Below, one piece after another: positions 55,215 to 64,000 of a stretch of 64,000 nucleotides of DNA. The stretch spans positions 1-64,000 of the forward strand of contig JAQGDQ010000256.1 in the NCBI GenBank assembly GCA_030141605.1, in the 5' to 3' direction. Origin of the DNA: Tubiluchus corallicola (Eukaryota; Animalia; Priapulida). How positions within the stretch are numbered: position 1 is the first letter of the stretch; every line of letters begins with the position of its first letter. The position numbers and the translations under genes were made by a program. The notes beneath the pieces are model-generated. The model was not told where the DNA came from, did no database searches, and saw nothing but the letters and a program-made list of their open reading frames with translations.

Positions 55215-55545
55215 GTGCAACACCCTTTTTTATGCAACGCGTTTCCTGTGCCATTTTACCTGTGCCCTTTCTACCGCGCCATTTTTTCTTGTGTCATATT
55301 TACCAGCTTTTCAATTTGTGCCATTCTTTCTTGTGCAAGTTTTACCTGTGCCGTTGCTTTTCCTGTGCCATTTACACCGTGCCATTTCTACTGCGCCATT
55401 TTTTCCTGTGTCATATTTACCAGCTTTTCAATTTGTGCCATTCTTTCTTGTGCAACTTTTACCTGTGCCTTTATTTTTCCTGTGCCATTTTTACCTACTT
55501 TCTCTGTACCATTTTTTCCTGTGCCATTTTTACCTTCGCACCACT
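55215..55545. repeat. Minisatellite of ttttcctgtgcca-like units containing a ~118-bp higher-order direct duplication; likely a non-autonomous transposon
   Basis: ~15-bp units; block cgccattttttc(t/c)tgtgtcatatttaccagcttttcaatttgtgccattctttcttgtgcaa occurs at ~55277 and ~55394. Confidence 0.85.
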
Positions 55546-58257
55546 CGAGAGCATTCGTAAAATGTACAGACATTAGTAACTTGCTGTGTTTCGAATAACC
55601 CCTTCTATCGGTTCCTCAGGTCCAATACCATATATTACATTTTGGACAAAGCGATTTTCCCATTGACATTTGAAAGCATTTTTTCACATCTTTTATTTAA
55701 AAAGCAGTGCAGAAACAAAAGTTGCAAAAAATTTAATTATGATTCATGATGAATGGTCAGAGTGGTTTAAAAAATATGTGTAGGAGTTTGTTTAAAGAGA
55801 TTTTTATCCTGGAAATTTTGGGTTTGAATACCCTAGGTATCATATACTTCTAATACTATTTTGTTGAAAAAAATGTGCTTATTGTGAAAAATGCTCAAAG
55901 TGTGCAACAACAAATTAGTTAATGTAAGAATTTAATTTAGTTTCTTAAATTTTGGTAATTTGCCCCGCATTTTGAACTCAGAATGATGAAACGCACCGTC
56001 ATCTTGCTAGGGGATTTTAGCAAAATTTTGGACCAAGATGCTCCTTTTCATCAAATATCTATATATGTAATTTACAGTCCGGTCTGGTAGCCGAGAAAAA
56101 GGGATTGACTGGATACAGCTGCGAAACTTTCGAGAATGATTCTTCAGGTCACTCTAACAGCGTTTTGGACATTTTTATACCACTTCACATTTTGGCCCGC
56201 TGTCCCGGGACACAAGAAAGGTCAAGAAATGGTCCTGTACTTTGGAGGCTTATAATTCCAAATCGTTCATAAATAGACACTTGGTTATTATTAGCGACGA
56301 ATAGTAAGTTATATGTGGGTTATCATTTGGTAGTATTATTAGTGACCTTAGAATACACGAAGTGGGCAAATTACGTCACCAGTGCCCTTCAATCCATTTG
56401 ACAAAATCAAATATATCAATCCACGCCAAAAAATGAGACGAAATGTATTATGGACCAATAAGAAATCATTTGTTACGAGAATTTTGAGTCTAAGTTGCAC
56501 GGCAAGGGCAGCGATGACGTCGTCTGCACCCTTGTCCCATGCACCAAACGCCTGTGTATTCATGTAACAAACAAATAAAAAATAATAATTTAATAATTTA
56601 TTTAAAATAGATTTCTATTAGTAAATAGAAAACTCTGGTTCTTATAACAATGAGTAAGTTGCGTTTTTAAGTAATAATAGAGAAAACCGGGATACACGTG
56701 ACGTTGTCATTCATGGGGTTCCTATAAACAGGCCAAAATAAGTTACTGAGAATTCTCTATAAATAAGCAAAATAAAGAAATAACATGTTCCATGTATTCC
56801 GAAAGTAAACTTAAATCTGTCTGTGTATTAACAGTTATTTAGGCAATTCATTACAGATTAAAAAGTTTACGAATCAAAACAGGATTTGAAAAAACATTTC
56901 ATATGTCGAACTGTGTGATTTTCACTGAAAATGCAAAATATTTATGCCATGGTTTAAAAAAATCCGTATAAATTTCGCCAAATGCTGCAGATGCTGTGTA
57001 TGTTAGGTTGTACACTGTCTAAAAAATAACCTGTGTAATTTTGAGAACAAACAATGGCATTAAATCAAAAAAATATATTGGACAAACAAATGCTAATTAC
57101 ATCACGAAGTTTCTTACACTTAAATGCATGGAAAGCAATAGCTAAATAGCTTGAGCATATATCAGCTAAAATGCAGAAGAAAGGCGATCACAAAGGAAGA
57201 TTCGCACCGGCATTCAGTCATCTGAAGAACTGATTCGTGCATGAGACCAGTGAACTAATCAAAATAATGGTAAAACTAAATTATACAGCTGAATTAAAGC
57301 GGAACATAACTCGAAGGGTTCAAAACTCACTTCTAATTATGAATGGTAAGCCCACAGACTTTGTAGATGTCCTTTTATTGGTCCATTTATTGGTCCAGAT
57401 AATTAACAACATAATAGCTCGATTATGTTACTGGCGATGAATACTTATATTTGTATATAAATATAATTAATATAACTCGATATTGGACTTTTTCAATAAT
57501 TTTAGAGAGACCAGACTGAGAGAACAGTTTGACCAGATTATAACGCCATATTCTGTAATAGGTTAACAAATGTTTTACACAAGATAATCAAGTTACATGA
57601 CAAAGAGAAATATTGATTATCTTTTCGACCTTATTTTCGATACAATTTATGTGATGAGCTTCTAGTTACAAATAACACCCATGTGCTTTAGATAATTTTT
57701 CACTTCATTTTCAAGCATTGCACAAAATTGCTTGTAAAAGTGGATTGAGCTGTTTTGTGAGTATAAAATTGCTTTAGTTTTCAGAAAATTCATTGTCCTT
57801 TCCACTTTGAGTCACGCAAGCCCACATTGATTGACCCTTGTCCCTGAGGTCATAGGTTAAAGTGACAAGTTTCAATTTTAGTAACTTGTAGTAAATCACA
57901 TGGAAGGTCTCAATAAGACAAATTGAATGGTATGACCTAAGCCTAGATTGGCGAACCACTGACCTCACTACGGGGAAAACTAAAATTTTAGTGCACCGAT
58001 ACAAATGATTCAAGTGTCAAACAACAATAGACTGTAGTACATCAAATGACAGGCCTCGATGAGACAAAGTGAATAGTTTGGTTGACCCTTGACCTACGAA
58101 TCACCGATCAAAAAATGACAAGTTCCGATTTCACCGAAACTGATAATGACAAGCACAACAATTAATTATTTTGGAAAAAATATTTTTATTTGTAAATACG
58201 AAACAAAAGCTGCCACTTAAAGCATCTCTTTCTCCTATCACAGAAGCAGAACCTTAC

Positions 58258-58323
58258 CACAGTTTTTGACAAAAATGCTCACTAGTTAGTGATAAAGCTA
58301 TTGTCTGAAATGGGATCAAGAAG
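58258..58323 (-). CDS. Candidate Cys-loop extracellular-domain micro-exon (...ALSLTSEHFCQKLW)
   Basis: Ends CTG TG|GTAAGG. Resembles the LxL...KLW segment before the WxPD loop, but no following xPD exon was found. Confidence 0.25.
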
Positions 58324-58561
58324 CTGGTAAAATGAAGCTGGTATTTAATTGTTAAAATGCAATTGTTTCTTCTGACTTTTTAATTGGTAAACGTAATTGT
58401 CGCGACCATTGTTTGTGACATCTACTAAATGAGTGTGTGTATATGGGAGAAATTGAGGCAAAAACTGAAACTGTAGTTTCAATAGTTCGATATCTCTCAT
58501 AGCGGCCTTTATCATAGACAATTACAGTGTAATACATTTTGTGCACTGTATCACGAAAAGT

Positions 58562-58716
58562 TTCGGACGGGATTCGGATTTGGGATATATGGTTCAGTTT
58601 CGGAATTCGGGGCGCTAATTGAATTCGAGGTCGGGATTTTTTGGGATTCAGGATGAAATGGTAGTGACGGGCTTTTGGTTCGGGACCAAAAATTCGAGAT
58701 CCGGGTTCCCTACCCT
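58562..58716. mobile_element. End of a non-autonomous DNA transposon with (g)attcgg/cggga subterminal repeats
   Basis: Cluster of cgggattcgg-like motifs ending gatccgggttccctaccct. Confidence 0.4.
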
Positions 58717-59297
58717 TATCGGCAAATTCAACACGAATTGCCTTAAGAAAAGCAGATATTACACGATCAACTGGGGGCGATAGCACTACCATTATAATGA
58801 GAACATGCTCTATTTCGCCATTGTAGAAGTTGTTACCTTAGCTCATTTAATTTTGTAAACAACTGAACATTTTGCGAATTTTTGTGAACATTTATGTCAT
58901 TACTGGCTTCATTCATAAAAGAGTGTTGAATAAAAGCCGCAAATTGTTTTTTAGCTATACTAAATATTCTCAGATTTCTTTAAGAAGTAAAACTGTTCTC
59001 AACACATGGTAAATATACGTAATTGCTAACATACGTAATTACTAGTTCACGTTACGATGCCTTAGGAAAGAGAAGTGTAACCATTATTCGTGAAAATGGA
59101 AAATAATTTATCCGTTTCAGGAAATATACATTAAGTCGTAATTGACCGCAGTGTCACGATGTAGTCTAATTTCCGCTATTGCAAATAGGTGGTTCGTGAT
59201 TTAAGTGTAACCCTTAGGTAAAGAATAAAACACTTAGTCGAAAACACTGGGGAAAAACCACAGAATTAATAAAATAATATAACAATTTAATTAATAT

Positions 59298-59483
59298 CCC
59301 AAAATAAATTGCAAGACAAATATTAATAATAAAGATTAAGCCGGCTAAGAAAAACAAAGAACAACGTAACGTTTTTCGACAGTCCTGTCTTGGCATCATC
59401 AGGCGACTTTTCTCCTGCTCCCATTCCGCGTCATCTCTCTCTGACTCCTCACCAGGGGGCTTCATCGAGAAATGGTGCACCAT
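59298..59483 (-). CDS. Putative first exon of a membrane protein: charged tail plus one TM helix (MVHHFSMKPPGEESERDDAEWEQEKSRL...RCSLFFLAGLIFIINICLAIYFG)
   Basis: Protein-like composition, basic residues before a ~20-aa hydrophobic stretch and an in-frame upstream stop. No canonical GT donor right after the TM. Confidence 0.4.
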
Positions 59484-59809
59484 AGAACAGTTGACTATAC
59501 TACTTCTTCATGGATCTGATTACGTGAACGACGTCTCCAAACTTTGACGATTCCTGATGACATCCTCCCCTCCACTTATATTACGACAAAATAGAGTAGC
59601 GTTCAAGCTCCTGCACTCGTCACAAGGTAAGGATCACCAATTTCGTAATTACAACATGGAAGCACCAACGACAGTATCATCAACGGCAGATAAATGCGGG
59701 TAAGTATCATCAGCAGCAGATATTGTCGACAACTGGTAAGTACAATCTTTTATAAGTTATATATCAGCGTCAGGAAAATGTAATCAGCAACAGGGAAGTA
59801 TCATCGCTG

Positions 59810-60524
59810 GAACGCAGCTATCGTCTCTGTCGTAACCACGTAGACCGCTTTTCTACAAGCAAGCACCGTTACTAAACCATCATTTTATGACATGAGAACG
59901 TCCGCTTATGACACACAAACGGCAATATTGTATCACTGAACGTTTAACTCTAGGCCAGATACATTCTTGTAAAAAACATTGGGCAGTTTTACGGATGCCC
60001 AGGTGACCAGCCATGTGCGCTTATCATGTGCCAAAGATAAGACTGCCAAACGTCTAGACTTGGGTACAACCAAAAGTCCGCGGGGTTCAGCATCGCGCTT
60101 TTCACGTGTCAGGTAATATAAAACTTTAATGAAGTAACCCTTTCTTTTGGCTCGAGCTGCAGTTTCTGTGACTGCGTGATCACGTAAATTGCGCAAACTA
60201 ACATCATAAGTTTTATATTACCTGACACGTGAAAAGCGCGATGCTGAACCCCGCGGACTTTTGGTTGTACCCAAGTCTAGACGTTTGGCAGTCTTATCTT
60301 TGGCACATGATAAGCGCACATGGCTGGTCACCTGGGCATCCGTAAAACTGCCCAATGTTTTTTACAAGAATGTATCTGGCCTAGAGTTAAACGTTCAGTG
60401 ATACAATATTGCCGTTTGTGTGTCATAAGCGGACGTTCTCATGTCATAAAATGATGGTTTAGTAACGGTGCTTGCTTGTAGAAAAGCGGTCTACGTGGTT
60501 ACGACAGAGACGATAGCTGCGTTC
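59810..60524. repeat. Long inverted repeat: 317-bp arms (59810-60126 / 60208-60524) with an 81-bp spacer
   Basis: The arms read as reverse complements from gaacgcagctatcg to taatataaaactt; no mismatch found by eye. Confidence 0.97.
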
Positions 60525-60900
60525 TTGCTGCTGTTCTTGCTGCAATTGTTCCTTACTAAGCTGTAACATCTGCTGTTGCTGTGCTTTAATATCTACGCCA
60601 GATGCAATATTTTTTCTCCTTTTTTGGATTAGCATTTAAACTACTTAGTAATTGTTTCTCGCCGTTAGCTTCTGCTTGTAGCTGCTTTGCTTTTGATCGG
60701 GTTACCGCAAAAGCTTTTTTCGAATTACCAGCTTGTTTCGTGACATTTGTATTTCCACTCACAAGCTCATCAGAATAATGTGACGTATACGAATTTTCAG
60801 ATGTGATACATTCTAAATCAACTGACTTAGTGTCGAGAATTTAAATTCCGCTTTACTCATATGGGCTTCAATACAGTTCAGGCTTTTAACTAGGTCAATT
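59880..60900 (-). mobile_element. Degenerate Gypsy (Gmr1-like) LTR retrotransposon fragment: linker and integrase HHCC zinc finger
   Basis: Minus strand reads AFAVTRSKAKQ ... SKEQLQQEQQQ / DVSLRNLR...GYFIK..LYY...LLVVPKSRRLAVLSLAHD / AGHLGIRKTAQCFLQECIWPRVKRSVIQYCRLC (H-H-C-C). Frameshifted and truncated before the DDE core. Confidence 0.8.
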
Positions 60901-60914
60901 TCTAGAGAAAGATA

Positions 60915-61045
60915 TGTTTAGTTTAGTTTACGGTACGATTTCTTGCTGTATACAATAAAGAATATAGCTCGCAAATTTCTATATCTAAAGAGAATTTTCT
61001 TTCTACGTATTGGATTTAAAACTTTACAACAAATGGTGCCAAACA
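60915..61045 (+). promoter_or_regulatory. 3' part of the BEL/Pao 5' LTR and primer-binding site
   Basis: AATAAA at ~60954, LTR-like end ...ttacaaCA at 61031, then aaTGGtgcc. The left boundary (TG at 60915) is uncertain. Confidence 0.6.
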
Positions 61046-61132
61046 GTGGTTATACATCTACGTTTTGCGCAGTAACGCAGAACTAGCTATGCGCAGTAAC
61101 GCAAAAAAACCTGCGTTTATAAGTTGCTAAAC

Positions 61133-61194
61133 CGATCTACATTGGGAACTTGTCTGCTGTTTGCGATCTACATTGGCAACTTGTCTGCTGTTTG
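61133..61194 (+). repeat. 31-bp tandem duplication in the BEL leader
   Basis: cgatctacattgg(g/c)aacttgtctgctgtttg occurs twice. Confidence 0.9.
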
Positions 61195-61296
61195 CTGTAT
61201 CCAAGATGTCTACCATCTGAACAGAAAACCTGCATTAAATTTATCTACATCAACTAAACGTTCTGTGCGGAAGTTCATCTAATTTGGTCTTCAAGG

Positions 61297-62472
61297 ATGC
61301 CTAGCAATAAGTCCAAGAAGGCAAAGATGCTACGCAGCAAGGAAGCCTTACGTCATCAAGCACTTGACAGCCTTATTCGGGATGTGAATGCTGCTAACAT
61401 TCTACTTGACACAGAGAAAGAAACCATCGAACAAGACACAGCGTCATTTTTACGAAGAGTTAGGAGCGCCAAAAGTATATTACAGACACGCTTGTCCAAG
61501 CTAGAAGAGCTGACGGAAAAGCTAGTGGAAGTATTTTTGGTGGAGGACAAGGCGGATAGTGCGACTGACTGTATTCAAGAAACTGATCATCATGCGGAAA
61601 TTGTAAGTGAACTCACTTATGCTCTTAATGAACTTGTGCTTCAGTATTCTTCTGCTACCTATACAAAAGAGGGTCGCTGCTTCAACTGCTTGGGTCGCAA
61701 TCATGTAATTTCTGTTTGCCTTTCTTTAGCTCTCTGTCGTTTTTGCAAAAAGAAACATCACAGCAGCCTTTGTCATCAGCAGTTTCCAAACGTAAATCAA
61801 ACTGAACAAAAAACTGAAGAAACAGCTGCTTTGCACTCGAATCACCCCAGGCCTGGTCTTTTTTCTGCTAATGAACGGGTGATTCTGCAGACAGCTGAAG
61901 TATGCATTAGTCGCGCCCCTAGTGAATCTGATAAACGAAAACCTTGCTCTGTTTCAAACTTTAAAAAGGTTTCTGTACGAGCGTACCTGGACACTGGTGC
62001 GCATTCAAGCTATATAACCTTGCAACTAGCTCGTGAACTCGAATTGCCGTTAACAGACCCTGAAACTGTTAATATAGCCACCTTTGCGAATCCGTCAGTT
62101 AGTAAGATCGAATGCTATAGAGGTGCAATTAATCTTTTTAGTAAAGATAGCTCACAGATACTTAAAATGCATGTGCGAATTATACCAGAAATTGCACCTG
62201 CTGCTACTACCCGCTCACCCCTACCTGCAAAGATTCGTTCTCTACTGGATAGTTTTTCTGATCTTGCAGATTCAGACCCGGGTGGAAAGTCTGAAACAAG
62301 CGTTCAGTTTTTGATTGGCAATGACTACTATCTTTCACTTCTGTGTAATAAGTATCACATCTTCCCAGGACTGTATCTAATTGATTCCATAGTGGGAAAA
62401 ATAGTTGGTGGGAGAATAAATACTAAGGCTTCATGCAGTCTTAGTTTTGAATATAAAGAAACCTCCCTCTAG
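61297..62472 (+). pseudogene. BEL/Pao gag-protease ORF remnant (391 aa)
   Basis: Coiled N-terminus, two CCHC knuckles and DTG aspartic protease; ends at a premature stop. Confidence 0.85.
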
Positions 62473-64000
62473 CCTGGCGTTACTACAAACGGTTTAGAGC
62501 TGCTCTGAGACACTTTGTCCACTCCTACTGGCGAAACTTATCTCTCTTGTGTGGATGATACTTTACCGGAGAATGGGAAACATAAACCTGGTCACATATT
62601 TTCTATATAACGATTCTGGTACCTGGACACGTAGGGCAACACGGACTGTTCAAGTCAATCACCTGATGAAACGGCCCAACAAAACTTCAATCGCTCAATA
62701 GAATTTCGTGGTGATAGATATTATGTTTCCTGGCTCTGGAAAACAAATCATCCTCCTTTACCTGATAACTATAATCTTGCACTCGGGCGTCAAATCTTGT
62801 CTTTGAAAACTTAGTTCTCTGCCCGAGTTACTGGCCCAGTGTGACAAAGTGATACGTGATCAGCATGCCAAGGGAATAATTGAACTCGTCACCCCAGATT
62901 TTATTCAGGGCCCTATACATCACTACATCCCACACCATGCTGCGATCAAGCCAGAACGAGTGACTTCCCAAGTCCGTATAGTGTATGACGGATCTGCAAA
63001 GGCAATCCCCACTACAGTGTCATTAAATCAACGTCTTCTCCGTGGTCCTGTTCTTCTGCCAGATTTATGTGGCATACTGCTTCGTTTTAGATTGCATCCC
63101 ATTGCAATAACTAGTGATATAATGAAAGCGTTTTTGCACGTCGGGCTACATGAAGAAGACAGGGACATCACTCGCTTCCTATGGATTAAAGATATATCTC
63201 AGCCACATGTCTACGTAACAATCTTCAAAAATTTCGCTTTACAAGGCCCCCCTTTGCCTTATTTCGTCTCCGTTTCTTCTTTCTGGCACAATTAATCACC
63301 ACCTTCGGCCAATGGGACAGATATACCCCATAGCTTAAAAAATTTTGAGGGACATGTATGTCGACAACCTAATTACTGAGGTGGCCACTTTGAGGGAAGC
63401 CATAGCTTTCTATGACGATGCAAAAATCCTGTTCTCAACAGCAGCTTTTAACTTAAGAGAATGGTCTTCTAACTCAACTGAATTCATTGAATCCTTACCA
63501 GAAAAAGACCAAGTGTTAGCAAATCATGCCAAGTTATTAGGCCTTAGTTGGGATATAACTAATGATACGCTATCTATTGCTCGTATTCACTTGACTTGTT
63601 TCAATGAAGCAATTACTAAGCGGCAAATTTTTCAAGCAGTCGCAAAAAAATATTTGACCCTTTTGGTCTTGTCAGCGCTCTTGTAATAGGTGCTAAACTG
63701 TTTATTACTTTTCTGTGGCGAGAAAAATATGATTGGGACACTGTTATAGATGATACTCACCGCGCCACCTGGATAGAACTTGTTGAATCTCGTAGACTGA
63801 TTTTGCATATAAACGTCCCTAGATGCGTCACTCAAATGCATTGCCATTCTTCGAATGAGTTTCAACTCGTCTGTTTTGTAGATGGCTCTCAGAATGCTTA
63901 CTGTGCCATCATCTATCTTAGACAATGCTATGATGGCGAATGCACTACTCATCTTATATTCTCAAAGGCACGCATAGCACCACCTAACACAAGTGTTCCA

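Larger units (their letters stand above)
60915..64000 (+). mobile_element. Degenerate BEL/Pao LTR retrotransposon (gag-PR-RT-RNase H), continues past the window end
   Basis: Gag knuckles CFNCLGRNHVISVC and CRFCKKKHHSSLC; protease AYLDTGAHSSYIT; RT motifs YIPHHA, RIVYDGSA, SLNxxLxRGPxLLPDL, DIMKAF, RFLW and YVDN; RNase H FVDGSQNAY. Several stops and frameshifts after 62472. Confidence 0.95.

Noticed and set aside
55169-55598. Cys/Phe-rich ORFs
   Set aside because: Translations of the ttttcctgtgcca minisatellite.
58352-58792. 146-aa minus-strand ORF containing QWSRQLRL, as a possible channel WxDxRL exon
   Set aside because: Motif spacing is wrong and half the ORF runs through a transposon end.

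Overview
AT-rich, microsatellite- and transposon-rich eukaryotic DNA, probably from an invertebrate animal, with spliceosomal GT-AG introns. Most short ORFs in the six-frame track are noise. Supported genes, all on the minus strand: (1) a multi-exon secreted S1/formylglycine arylsulfatase (~25538-33040) whose start codon seems split by a 49-nt intron and whose central exon(s) cannot be found intact; (2) a large secreted, extremely acidic tandem-repeat protein (44772-51098) with about 18-20 'SSQRDGSRAAMGSDGESSGDVTE(n)' units, an Arg-rich region and a 4-Cys tail, broken by frameshifts that look like consensus errors; (3) the M1-M4 half of a very divergent anion-type Cys-loop channel subunit (53356-54811). 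Weaker candidates are an orphan two-exon gene head-to-head with the sulfatase, a lone signal-peptide exon at 17.3 kb and a membrane-anchor exon at 59.3 kb. Mobile DNA includes several MITEs and hairpin elements, an Academ-like relic, a degenerate Gmr1-like Gypsy remnant carrying a 317-bp inverted duplication with no mismatch found, and a degenerate BEL/Pao LTR retrotransposon running off the right end. All calls were made by eye, without database searches.
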